A stretch of DNA of 64,000 nucleotides, taken from assembly GCA_948434005.1 (NCBI GenBank), contig CAOJEH010000001.1, positions 155,880-219,879 on the forward strand. The letters are read 5' to 3'. Positions 30,891 to 40,568 of this stretch are shown here, in pieces. The position numbers were made by a program, and so were the translations under genes. Each line of letters opens with the position of its first letter. Position 1 is the first letter of the stretch. The notes below the pieces were generated by a model. It saw nothing but the letters and a program-made list of their open reading frames with translations, had not been told where the DNA came from and made no database searches. The DNA is from an uncultured Mycoplasmatota bacterium (GTDB lineage Bacteria > Bacillota_I > Bacilli_A > RF39 > UBA660).

Positions 30891-31244
30891 ATGAGGCATA
30901 TAGTATTATTTATAATGACATATATATTTGTTTTCTTTATTTATCAAGTTTTTGTTGTAAGTAAAGCAAAAAGAAGAAATAGTAAAAAAAGACCAATAGA
31001 AGTCAATTATTTAATAAAGAAATATAATATAGATATAGGAAAACTTAACTATAAAAAACTACTTATGACAATATCTTTAGTTAGTTCTCTAGATATATCA
31101 GTAATAGTAACTGTAATTTTATTATTCGATAATTATTTACTAGAGATAGTGATAGCATTTTTGATGGTTATACCTGTAATATTAATAAGTTATAGTTTTG
31201 TAGGAAAATATTATGTAAAGAGAGGAATGATTATAAATGAGTGA
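30891..31244 (+). CDS. Small 2-3-TM membrane protein, translationally coupled to leuS
   Basis: ATG at 30891 with RBS gaggaggg. The track ORF begins upstream inside the T-box. Its stop overlaps the leuS start by 8 nt. Confidence 0.5.
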   Translation: MRHIVLFIMTYIFVFFIYQVFVVSKAKRRNSKKRPIEVNYLIKKYNIDIGKLNYKKLLMTISLVSSLDISVIVTVILLFDNYLLEIVIAFLMVIPVILISYSFVGKYYVKRGMIINE

Positions 31245-34068
31245 TTATAAAAAAATAGAGGCAAAATGGCAAAAAAAATGGGAAGATGAAAAATCTTTTG
31301 TAGCAGATAATAATAGTACGAAGGAAAAATATTATTACTTAGTGGAGTTTCCTTATCCATCAGGTGCTGGACTTCATGTTGGACATTGTAGAAGTTATAC
31401 AGCTTTGGATGCTCTAGCTAGAAAAAAGAGGATGAATGGTTATAATGTTTTATTTCCAATGGGATGGGATGCTTTTGGAGCACCTGCAGAACAATATGCT
31501 ATTAAAAATCATATTCATCCAAGTGTAGCAGTTAAAGAAAATATTAAAACCTTCAAAGGACAAGTTAAATCACTAGGTTTATCAATAGATTGGACTAGAG
31601 AGTTTTCAACAACAGATCCAGAATATTATAAGTGGACTCAATGGCAATTTTTAAAATTCTTTGAAAAGGGTATGGCTTATAAAGCAAAGAAAAATATTAA
31701 CTGGTGTCCAAATTGTAAGATGGGTCTTTCTAATGAAGATTCATCAGGTGGAGTATGTGAAAGATGTGGTCATTCTGTTGAACAAAGAGAAAAAGAACAA
31801 TGGATGCTTAGAATGAGTGATTATGCAGAAGATTTAATCAAAGGATTAGATGATACAGACTTCCAAGAAAGAATAAAAACTGCTCAAATAAATTGGATAG
31901 GTAAATCTGAAGGTGCAGAAGTTAACTTTAAAGTAAAAGAAACTAATGAAGATTTAGTAGTATATACAACAAGACCTGATACTTTATATGGGGTTACTTT
32001 TATGGTAGTTGCACCTGAACATCCTATAATTGAAAAGAATAAAAATATTATATCTAATATGGATGAAATTAATTCTTATAAAGATGCTGCTAAAAATAAA
32101 ACAGAGTTTGAAAGAACTCAAGTAAATAAAGATAAAACAGGAGTAAAAATAGAAGGATTAACTGGAATAAATCCTATTACTAAAAAAGAAATTCCAATAT
32201 ATATATCAGACTATGTAATGATGAATTATGGTACAGGGGCTATTATGGCAGTGCCTGCTCATGACGAGAGAGATTTTGAATTTGCTAATAAGTTTGGAAT
32301 TGATATAATTCCTGTAATAGAACAAATTACAGGAACTCCTAGAGATGATGAAAAGAAGAAAAACAGTATAGTTGCAGTTTTATTTGATGAGGAAAACAAT
32401 AAATATTTAACTATTAATTGGGGTAATCTAGGAGGAAGATTATTTGTAGGCGGTACAAGAAAGGATAATGAAAGTCCTCTTGAATGTGCAATAAGAGAAA
32501 TAAAAGAAGAAACAGGATATACCGATATTACTTATATGCATGATATTTTCCCTATAAATCATCATTATTATGCTCATAATAAGAACCAAGCTTATGAAAT
32601 TGAATCTACTGGATTATTATTTAAGTTAAATAGTAATAAAAAAGTAGAAGTAGAGCTTGATGATGATGAAAAGGATAATTTTAAAGTTGAATGGGTAGAT
32701 AAAAATAAAATAGAAAAAGAAGTAGTTGATGAATTACATATTACTACATTTAGAAATTTACTAAAACCTACTGCATACATAGCGGATGGTAAAATGGTTA
32801 ATTCTGATATTCTAAATGGATTAACTAACAAAAAAGATTCTATAGAAAAAATGTTAGAGTATTTAGAAGAGAATAATCTAGGAAAAAGAAAAACAAATTA
32901 TAAACTTCAAGACTGGATTTTTTCTCGTCAAAGATTTTGGGGAGAACCTATTCCTTTAGTTCATTGCAAAGATTGTGGTTGGGTTGCAGTAGATGATAAA
33001 GATTTACCTGTAACTTTACCAGAAGTAGTTAACTATGAACCTACAGATGATGGAGAAAGCCCTCTAGCAGCAATTACCGATTGGGTAAATACAACTTGTC
33101 CTAAATGTGGTAATCCTGCTAAAAGAGAAACTGATACAATGCCAAACTGGGCAGGATCTTCATGGTATTGGCTAAGATATATGGATGCTCATAATGATAA
33201 AGAATTTGCAAGCAAAGATGCTTTAAAATATTGGGGTAAACTAGACTTTTATAATGGTGGAATGGAGCACGCAACTAGACATTTATTATATGCAAGATTT
33301 TGGAACCAATTTTTATATAACAATGGATTAGTTCCTAATAAAGAACCATTTAAAACTAGAGTATCACACGGAATGATTTTAGGTGAAGGTGGCGTAAAAA
33401 TGTCAAAATCACTTGGAAATGTAATTAACCCTAATGATATGATAAAAGAGTACGGAGCAGATGCACTTCGTTGTTATGAAATGTTTATAGGAGACTATGA
33501 AAAAGAAGTAGCATGGAGTGAACAAGGACTTAATGGTTGTAAAAGATTTATAGATAAAATAGTACGTATTGGAGATAAGTTATCTAATGATACTTCATAT
33601 ACAAAAGAATTAGAAAGTATAATTCATAAAACTATTAAGAAAGTTACAGAAGATATTGATAATATGAAATTTAATACTGCTGTATCTGCTCTTATGATTC
33701 TTTTAAATAAATATGAAGAACAAGATAAAATAACTAAAAAAGACTATAGAACATTCTTACTTTTATTTAATCCAATCGCTCCTCATATAACAGAGGAACT
33801 AAATGAAAAATATGATTTAGGTGAACAATTATGTAAGAGTAGTTGGCCAACTTATGATGATGAAAAAACAATAGATGAAGAAAAAGAAATAGCTGTTCAA
33901 GTAAATGGTAAAGTACGTGCTACTATGAAAATTAGTATTAATGAAGATGAAGAAGAGATAAAGAAAAAGGCTCTAGCTTTAGAAAATGTTATAAATCATA
34001 CTAAAGATAAAGAGATTATAAAGGTAATCGTAATAAAAGGTAAGATTGTAAATATAGTAGTTAAGTAA
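31237..34068 (+). CDS. leuS: Leucyl-tRNA synthetase carrying an inserted Nudix-hydrolase-like domain
   Basis: HIGH-type motif (LHVGH), the editing-domain TTRPDT and VPAHDERDFEFA segments, NYKLQDWIFSRQRFWGEPIP, and KMSKS. 943 aa. A ~147-aa insert (nt 32323-32763) contains a perfect Nudix box GGTRKDNESPLECAIREIKEETGY. Confidence 0.9.
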   Translation: MSDYKKIEAKWQKKWEDEKSFVADNNSTKEKYYYLVEFPYPSGAGLHVGHCRSYTALDALARKKRMNGYNVLFPMGWDAFGAPAEQYAIKNHIHPSVAVKENIKTFKGQVKSLGLSIDWTREFSTTDPEYYKWTQWQFLKFFEKGMAYKAKKNINWCPNCKMGLSNEDSSGGVCERCGHSVEQREKEQWMLRMSDYAEDLIKGLDDTDFQERIKTAQINWIGKSEGAEVNFKVKETNEDLVVYTTRPDTLYGVTFMVVAPEHPIIEKNKNIISNMDEINSYKDAAKNKTEFERTQVNKDKTGVKIEGLTGINPITKKEIPIYISDYVMMNYGTGAIMAVPAHDERDFEFANKFGIDIIPVIEQITGTPRDDEKKKNSIVAVLFDEENNKYLTINWGNLGGRLFVGGTRKDNESPLECAIREIKEETGYTDITYMHDIFPINHHYYAHNKNQAYEIESTGLLFKLNSNKKVEVELDDDEKDNFKVEWVDKNKIEKEVVDELHITTFRNLLKPTAYIADGKMVNSDILNGLTNKKDSIEKMLEYLEENNLGKRKTNYKLQDWIFSRQRFWGEPIPLVHCKDCGWVAVDDKDLPVTLPEVVNYEPTDDGESPLAAITDWVNTTCPKCGNPAKRETDTMPNWAGSSWYWLRYMDAHNDKEFASKDALKYWGKLDFYNGGMEHATRHLLYARFWNQFLYNNGLVPNKEPFKTRVSHGMILGEGGVKMSKSLGNVINPNDMIKEYGADALRCYEMFIGDYEKEVAWSEQGLNGCKRFIDKIVRIGDKLSNDTSYTKELESIIHKTIKKVTEDIDNMKFNTAVSALMILLNKYEEQDKITKKDYRTFLLLFNPIAPHITEELNEKYDLGEQLCKSSWPTYDDEKTIDEEKEIAVQVNGKVRATMKISINEDEEEIKKKALALENVINHTKDKEIIKVIVIKGKIVNIVVK

Positions 34069-34102
34069 AAAAAGAAATAGTAAATAAAATATGGAGGTTT
34101 AC

Positions 34103-35317
34103 ATGAACGATCAAATAAAAGATTCATTTGTTGTTGTAAGCGATTTTCATGGAGCAGATTGGGTTATGGATAAAATTAGAAGTCATTATATTAATGAATA
34201 TGAAAAAATATTTAATCTAGGGGATATAATAGACAGAGGCGAGCAACCATTTAAACTATTATTAGACTATATGGAATTATCAAAGCAAAATCCAGATAGA
34301 GTTATTTATGTACCAGGAAATCATGATAGTTTTATATATGGTGCATATATGGCTGCAGATGAAGAACAACGTTCCAATTATAGAACCTCATTAATACAAA
34401 ACGGAGGTTTAGAAACATATAAACAAGCAGAATATTTAAGGAAAACTAATCCTAGTAAATTTAATGAATTGATAGACTGGCTTGGTAGTCAGCCTCTACA
34501 AAGAGTGCATACATATGAAAAAAAGAAATATGCATTAGCGCATGCCTTTTTTAATCAGACAATATATAATAAAAATCCCAATTATTCATTAAAAGATTAT
34601 ATGAGGGATGTACACTATCCAAAGGGTCTGAAACAAAAAGAAGCTAATATACTTTGGTTTAGAAAAAATCATCCTACTCATGGATACTATAATCCAGCAG
34701 ATTTACCGAGTAATGATTATACTATGATTATAGGTCATACCGCTAATGCAAATGATTTAGGGTTATTCAATGTAGATGTAATATGTGTAGATGGTGCAGC
34801 CAATGAAAGAAGTCAACAAACAGGAAGTTACAGTACTAGAAAGTTTGACGGTGGAAGTGGGCATATGATAACAGTTTTTGGTGAACATTTAGATACATCA
34901 AATGATGATAAAACTAAATCCCAAGAAAGACAACATTTATCTATTAATTATGTACTAAATAATTTTATAAAGGATGTAAATACCAAATTGAATAGTGAAA
35001 CATATGCGCAAAATTTGTTATATAAATATGCATTTGGTATAGCAGGTGAAAATCATATTACAGGATCATATAGAGAGTTGATTTCAAAGTCAATAGGTGT
35101 AAGTGGAATATGTAGTTATTTGGGTCTTGATATTAATTGTGTAAATGAACAAAGAAGTATATATTCTGAAGCAATAAATATGTTAAATAATAGAAATATA
35201 CAAGAAGCAAAGGATTTAATTAGTAGTACTAATAATGAAGTATTAATAGGAGAAATAAATAAGCAGATATTAAAAATGGAAACGCCTCAATCATCATCAG
35301 GACAAAGAAGAAGATAA
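34103..35317 (+). CDS. Calcineurin-like metallophosphoesterase (ApaH/PrpE-like) with a ~150-aa C-terminal extension
   Basis: DFHG, GDIIDRG and GNHD metallophosphatase motifs. Start at 34103 (MNDQ, RBS ggagg). The track ORF starts 4 codons earlier. Confidence 0.65.
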   Translation: MNDQIKDSFVVVSDFHGADWVMDKIRSHYINEYEKIFNLGDIIDRGEQPFKLLLDYMELSKQNPDRVIYVPGNHDSFIYGAYMAADEEQRSNYRTSLIQNGGLETYKQAEYLRKTNPSKFNELIDWLGSQPLQRVHTYEKKKYALAHAFFNQTIYNKNPNYSLKDYMRDVHYPKGLKQKEANILWFRKNHPTHGYYNPADLPSNDYTMIIGHTANANDLGLFNVDVICVDGAANERSQQTGSYSTRKFDGGSGHMITVFGEHLDTSNDDKTKSQERQHLSINYVLNNFIKDVNTKLNSETYAQNLLYKYAFGIAGENHITGSYRELISKSIGVSGICSYLGLDINCVNEQRSIYSEAINMLNNRNIQEAKDLISSTNNEVLIGEINKQILKMETPQSSSGQRRR

Positions 35318-35431
35318 ATTAAACAGTATATATTATAATAATGAGATTTATATATTAAAAGGAGAATTTGTTTCTCTTTTTTTCAACAATTTTTGTGGAT
35401 AAAAAATATTACTATATTTATAGGTGATATA

Positions 35432-35602
35432 ATGAAAGTAAAACTATTTGATGAAGAAAATGAAAAAGATTTAGAAGAAGATGTTAATAATTTTTTAGAA
35501 GAAACTGATAAAGAAATAATAGATATAAAGTATCAAGTCAGTTGTTCTATTTATAGTGAAGAACAAATATATTGTTTTTCCGCTATGATTATCTATCATT
35601 GA
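35432..35602 (+). CDS. Small Cse60-like sporulation protein (56 aa)
   Basis: MKVKLFDEENEKDLEEDVNNFL...IKYQV..S...YCFSAMIIYH resembles the Cse60/YteV family. RBS aggtga. Confidence 0.4.
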   Translation: MKVKLFDEENEKDLEEDVNNFLEETDKEIIDIKYQVSCSIYSEEQIYCFSAMIIYH

Positions 35603-35660
35603 TATTTAAAAAAACATAATTTTATGATATGATGTTATAGATGATTGGATGTGATTTAAC

Positions 35661-37325
35661 TTGAAGAAAAGACGTGTAGATAAAAATAAAAAGATAATGA
35701 AAAAAAATAACTTTGTACAAGGTGCATTTATTGCAACCCTTGGAATAGTTATAACTAAGATATTAGGTATTTTATATGTTATACCATTTTATTCAATAAT
35801 TGGGGAAAAAGGTGGAGCATTATATGGATATGCTTATTCATTATACTTAGTATTTATGGCAATATCATCAGCTGGTATACCACTTGCTATAAGTAAGATT
35901 ATTAGTGAATATCAAACTCTTGGTTATTATGATGCTAAACAAAGGGCATTTAAAATGGGTAAACAAATTGCTATAACATTAGGTATAGTGTGCTTTATAA
36001 TTCTATTTGTATTTGCGAAACAACTAGCAACTGCAATACTAGGAGATTTAAAAGGTGGAAATACCATAGAGGATGTAACTTATGTTATTAGATTAATATC
36101 AACAGCTATTATAGTAGTACCAGTACTTAGCGTCTATAGAGGATATTTCGAAGGTCATAAGTTTATTACACCTACTGCAGTGAGCCAAGTATTTGAACAA
36201 ATTATGAGAGTATTAGTTATTGTAGTTGGAAGTTATATGGCTTTAAAAGTATTTAATCTTTCATTAACTACCGCTGTAGGAGTTGCTGTATTTGGTGCAA
36301 CAGTAGGTTCTATTGCATCATATTTTTATTTAATAGAAAAGAAAAGAAAGAATAAAAACAAATTTGAAGAAAAAGAAAAAGAAATAAAAGAACCTAAAAT
36401 AACAAATAAAGAAATATTTAAAAAAATAGTCATATATGCATTTCCACTAATAATGATAGATATATTTAAATCCCTTTATAGTATGGTTGATTCTGTTACT
36501 GTAGTTAAAGCACTAGGTAGTATTTATGGAACAAAAACTGCAGAAAGTATTATGAGCATTTTATCTACATGGGGTGCAAAGTTTAATATGATTATTATCT
36601 CAATAGCAACAGGTATGGTAGTAAGCCTAACTCCTAATTTAGCAGCAGCAGCAGTAGTAGGAAATAAAAAAGATGTTCATAAAAAGATAAATCAGAGCTT
36701 CCAAATGTTATCATTTTTAATAATACCAATGACAGTAGGATTATGCTTCTTATCTAAACCTATTTATACTGTATTTTATGGCCCAAGTAAATATGGTCCA
36801 TCTGTACTTAGTTTTTATGTATTTGTAGCTTTAATAACTGCTTTATTTACAACAGGAATAACAATAACTCAAATACTAAAATATTATAAAGTTGTATTTA
36901 TATCTATGGCATCAGGCTTACTTTTAAAGACATTAGTTAATGTAAGTTTGATAAACCAATTAAATAGTTTAGGACTACCAGCATATTATGGTTCTATTTT
37001 AGCATCTATTCTTGGATATGGCCTATCTTTAATAATCTGCTTAATAGCACTTAATAGAAAGTGTGGAGTTAATTATGAAGAGACTGCTAAGCAATTAGTT
37101 AATACTTTATGTGGTACAGTTTTAATGATAATAGCACTTTTATTAGTAAAGTTAGTAATACCTTTATCATCACAATCTAGATTTATGAACCTTCCAATAA
37201 TTATAGTTTATACAGTTGTAGGTGGTGCAGTCTATTTATTCTATATGTATAAAACTAAGTCTGTTAATCAAGTATTTGGTGATAAAATACTAAATAAATT
37301 TAAAAAGAGAAAAACAAACAAGTAG
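35661..37325 (+). CDS. MOP-superfamily polysaccharide/lipid-II flippase (SpoVB/MurJ-like)
   Basis: About 14 TM helices. N-terminus resembles SpoVB (GAFIATLGIVITKILGILYVIPFYSIIGEKGGALYGYAYSLY...AISSAGIPLAISK). The track start is a TTG; an alternative ATG lies at 35697. Confidence 0.65.
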   Translation: MKKRRVDKNKKIMKKNNFVQGAFIATLGIVITKILGILYVIPFYSIIGEKGGALYGYAYSLYLVFMAISSAGIPLAISKIISEYQTLGYYDAKQRAFKMGKQIAITLGIVCFIILFVFAKQLATAILGDLKGGNTIEDVTYVIRLISTAIIVVPVLSVYRGYFEGHKFITPTAVSQVFEQIMRVLVIVVGSYMALKVFNLSLTTAVGVAVFGATVGSIASYFYLIEKKRKNKNKFEEKEKEIKEPKITNKEIFKKIVIYAFPLIMIDIFKSLYSMVDSVTVVKALGSIYGTKTAESIMSILSTWGAKFNMIIISIATGMVVSLTPNLAAAAVVGNKKDVHKKINQSFQMLSFLIIPMTVGLCFLSKPIYTVFYGPSKYGPSVLSFYVFVALITALFTTGITITQILKYYKVVFISMASGLLLKTLVNVSLINQLNSLGLPAYYGSILASILGYGLSLIICLIALNRKCGVNYEETAKQLVNTLCGTVLMIIALLLVKLVIPLSSQSRFMNLPIIIVYTVVGGAVYLFYMYKTKSVNQVFGDKILNKFKKRKTNK

Positions 37326-37426
37326 TTTGCTCTTTACGTATAATTATTCTATTTTTAAGTAAAATTATATTTATACCAATATCCGTATGATATAATAAAG
37401 TTGAATACGATATTTGGAGGTTTAAT

Positions 37427-37741
37427 ATGGAAAACAGCGAATTAGAAGCTATGCTTGGTGATAGTGAAGAAAAGAAGTTTAATGAATGGGCAAATCAAGA
37501 AATACCATTTTTTGAAAAATTAACAAGTGAAGAAAAAGAACAATTAAGAGACTCTTATGAAAAAACTGAGAAATCTAAAGAAATTTGGGATAGAACTATG
37601 ACAGCTGGAATGAATCATTTTGGTAATGGAATTGATTATTCAAATGATATCGATAAAAGCGCTGCACGATGGGATCAAGCTAAACATAACTTGGAGGTAA
37701 CGATAGGTAAGTTGTCAGAAAAACATGGCAAATCTAAATAA
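37427..37741 (+). CDS. Small acidic hypothetical protein
   Basis: 104 aa with RBS ggaggt. Confidence 0.4.
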   Translation: MENSELEAMLGDSEEKKFNEWANQEIPFFEKLTSEEKEQLRDSYEKTEKSKEIWDRTMTAGMNHFGNGIDYSNDIDKSAARWDQAKHNLEVTIGKLSEKHGKSK

Positions 37742-37774
37742 TATCATGAAAAAAGTAACAAATCAGTTACTTTT

Positions 37775-38905
37775 TCATTTTAAATCATTTATAGTTTTAT
37801 TTTTACTCTTACAATATTTATAATACTGTTTATAAATAAAGGTATTAATTACTAAATCAAATTCACCTAATAATTTAACTACATTACCATTAAAGCCTTT
37901 GTAAGATTGATACAATTTATTATTATCATCTATATTATTATCTATAGGACCAAAATTATAAGTTTTATAATTATTCTCTATTGCCCATTTAATTACTTCA
38001 TAGTTAATACTATATTGTATTAGCATATCCCTAAATTTATCTTGTATTAAACTGCATAGAGTAGTTACTTCATCTTTATAACAAACTGATATGCTACATC
38101 CTACTATAACTTTATGACCATAGTTATATTCAAAGTTTTTAGCTTCTTCTTTTTCTGTATCAGTCGTGGCATTTTCTAAATATTTATCAATATCCATTTC
38201 TAATATTTTTACATTAACATGGTTATCTTCACCAAATATTTGTAAAAATTCTTTAATATTATTACCTATATGATTAATACTATTAGAATTATTATATATA
38301 ATATTAATAATTTTATCATACTCATTAGAATTAACATCTCTTGAATAAATTCCCTTTTTCTCATTAGTAATAATAGTATTTGCAACTTCCTGATTCATAT
38401 TATTCAAAATATCTTCTATACTTTTGTCTTCTATATTAAGTTTATAAAAAGTAACAGGATCTAAGTATTTATCCATTTTAATATAACCTAAACTCTTTAA
38501 TACATCTAGGCATTTTTCATTATCATAACCACCTTGTATATAGTTACCACTATTATCTAGTTCTTTTATTGATAAATAGGGATTTATTTTTACAAATACA
38601 GCCTTTTTACTAGAAATAAATTCTTTTACATGTTTTGAAAAACTTCTTACAAGTTCTAAATCTTTATAATTAATTATAAAACCATATGGAGCATAAAATA
38701 CTCTTCTTTTTATAATGGGAATTTCCTTAGCAAGTAATAAACTAGCAGCTTTAATTTGCCCATTATGATCTAAACCTATAAAATAAGTATGCCAACCATC
38801 TAATCTTTTATATTCAGCCCACTCTTTTGATTGATGAAAGTTATTAGTTTGATGAGTACTGCAAAAATCGAAAAACTCTTTTTTATTTATCTCTTTTAGC
38901 TTCAT
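37775..38905 (-). CDS. FemAB-family peptidoglycan interpeptide-bridge aminoacyltransferase (paralog 2)
   Basis: N-terminus FHQSKEWAEYKRLDGW...YAPYGF, typical of FemABX. 376 aa. Overlaps the upstream paralog by 23 nt. Confidence 0.7.
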   Translation of the reverse strand: MKLKEINKKEFFDFCSTHQTNNFHQSKEWAEYKRLDGWHTYFIGLDHNGQIKAASLLLAKEIPIIKRRVFYAPYGFIINYKDLELVRSFSKHVKEFISSKKAVFVKINPYLSIKELDNSGNYIQGGYDNEKCLDVLKSLGYIKMDKYLDPVTFYKLNIEDKSIEDILNNMNQEVANTIITNEKKGIYSRDVNSNEYDKIINIIYNNSNSINHIGNNIKEFLQIFGEDNHVNVKILEMDIDKYLENATTDTEKEEAKNFEYNYGHKVIVGCSISVCYKDEVTTLCSLIQDKFRDMLIQYSINYEVIKWAIENNYKTYNFGPIDNNIDDNNKLYQSYKGFNGNVVKLLGEFDLVINTFIYKQYYKYCKSKNKTINDLK

Positions 38906-40196
38906 TATTAACCTCCATTTTACCCTTTCTTCTAACTATTTTTCTATAAAATGGTACTAGTTTTGTAAAAACAAAGTACATAAATTTATTTATAACATAA
39001 TCAAATTCTCCAATAAATTCTACATAGTCTCCACCAAATTTCTTTTTAAATTCATGTAGGCCTATTCTTGGATTATCTTTACTTAAGTCACCTATAGTAC
39101 CAAATTGATCATATATTTTAATACCATTCTCCTTGCAGTATTTAATATGTTCAAAATATGTTAAATAGTTAGCATAACTTTCAGTTAAAATATTATGATT
39201 TCCAGCATATAATACCCAAGCTTTATTATTGTATTTTACTATCATATGAGCATTTAAAGTAATAACTTGTCCATATTTTTTTTGATATTTTCTATATTTA
39301 TCTATTTCTTTTTCTATCTTTTCTTTTTGACTATTAAGATTTTTTAATTTGTTTTTAGCATTTTTACCTGTATTGTTAGGATCAATACTTTCTATAGATT
39401 TCTTAATATCATCTATTTCTAGTTTTAAGTTATTTATAACTTTTTTTGTATCTACTTTGCCTAAGAATAAAATAGCCATATCCTCTTTAGCAAGCATCTT
39501 ATATTGTTCTTCATAATAATCCTTAGAATATGATACAAAGTCTTTTCTATTTTCCGTAAGCATCATTAAATGGTAGAATTCGTCTATATCGTTAATATCA
39601 CCGATTGATACTTCACATCCTAATTTTTCGGCTTTATTAATTCTTTGTTTAGTAGTTTTAGAAAAATGATTAATAATAGTATCTAAATCATTTTCCATGT
39701 CAATTCTAAATGTATATCTTGGCTGCATAGTTTCAAAATTTTTAGTAAAACCTAAATGTTTAAAACCACAAGATGTTATGTTATTAAATATATCACGATA
39801 ATTATAGTCTAATTTATTTTCCTCATTTAAATAATTATAGCTTTTAATAATAATATCAGGATCAATTTTTAAAAATAAAGCTTTCTTATTTTTAGTTTTA
39901 ATATAAGAAATTATTTTATTAGTTACTTCTCGTAATAACTTTTTATCAGAAAAATCTATAATAAATCCTCTAGGAGCATAGAAGTAACTATAACCTAGGG
40001 GTAATTTTTTTTCTAAAAGTAGTGTCGCTGCAGCTAAATTGTTATTTTCTTTTAATCCTAAATAGTAAGGTATAAGCTTCTTCTTTTTTTTAGAAAACTC
40101 TCCCCAAGTATATGACTTTAAAAAGTGTGAGCTATATTTATTCTTTTTTATAAAATTTTCATATTCTTTTTTATCAAGTTCGACAATTTCTAACAT
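38883..40196 (-). CDS. FemAB-family aminoacyltransferase with coiled-coil insert (paralog 1, FemA/FemB-like)
   Basis: SSHFLKSYTWGEF...FYAPRGF plus a central coiled-coil insert (KLEIDDIKKSIE...KEKIEKEIDKYRKYQ). Start set at the MLEIVELDKKEY Met with RBS aggtg. Confidence 0.7.
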   Translation of the reverse strand: MLEIVELDKKEYENFIKKNKYSSHFLKSYTWGEFSKKKKKLIPYYLGLKENNNLAAATLLLEKKLPLGYSYFYAPRGFIIDFSDKKLLREVTNKIISYIKTKNKKALFLKIDPDIIIKSYNYLNEENKLDYNYRDIFNNITSCGFKHLGFTKNFETMQPRYTFRIDMENDLDTIINHFSKTTKQRINKAEKLGCEVSIGDINDIDEFYHLMMLTENRKDFVSYSKDYYEEQYKMLAKEDMAILFLGKVDTKKVINNLKLEIDDIKKSIESIDPNNTGKNAKNKLKNLNSQKEKIEKEIDKYRKYQKKYGQVITLNAHMIVKYNNKAWVLYAGNHNILTESYANYLTYFEHIKYCKENGIKIYDQFGTIGDLSKDNPRIGLHEFKKKFGGDYVEFIGEFDYVINKFMYFVFTKLVPFYRKIVRRKGKMEVNNEAKRDK

Positions 40197-40264
40197 AATT
40201 TCACACCTTTCCATTATATAGTTATTATACCACAAAAATATAAAAAGAACACATACTTTGTGCT

Positions 40265-40486
40265 CTACATCATATACATACCATCATCATCTTGTGAATT
40301 ATCATTTTTAGTAGTTGTAACGAAAGGTGTTTTTTCTCTTTCTAAAACAGAAACGCGATGTTCTAATCTTTTAATTTCTCTATCAAGTTTTTTAATATAT
40401 CCTTCAAGTTCTGAACATTTATTTCCTAAATTCATATTCATAAGATTAGGATCAGGTATAAATGGATAAGACATATTATTATACAT
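40265..40486 (-). CDS. Small coiled-coil protein of unknown function, upstream and co-directional with the FemAB pair
   Basis: 73 aa: MYNNMSYPFIPDPNLMNMN...CSELEGYIKKLDREIKRLEHRVSVLERE...DDDGMYMM. RBS aaggag. Confidence 0.35.
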   Translation of the reverse strand: MYNNMSYPFIPDPNLMNMNLGNKCSELEGYIKKLDREIKRLEHRVSVLEREKTPFVTTTKNDNSQDDDGMYMM

Positions 40487-40568
40487 AACTATCTCCTTTA
40501 TCGCTTTATTATATGCAAGTATATGATATATGTGATAAAATATAAGTGCTGAAGTAGGAGTGATTTAA

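Noticed and set aside
31237-34068. Initial impression that LeuRS lacked its CP1 editing domain
   Set aside because: The TTRPDT threonine-rich peptide and the GTGAIMAVPAHDERDFEFA Asp-containing segment are editing-site signatures. The editing domain is therefore present, and the extra length comes from the separate Nudix-like insert downstream.
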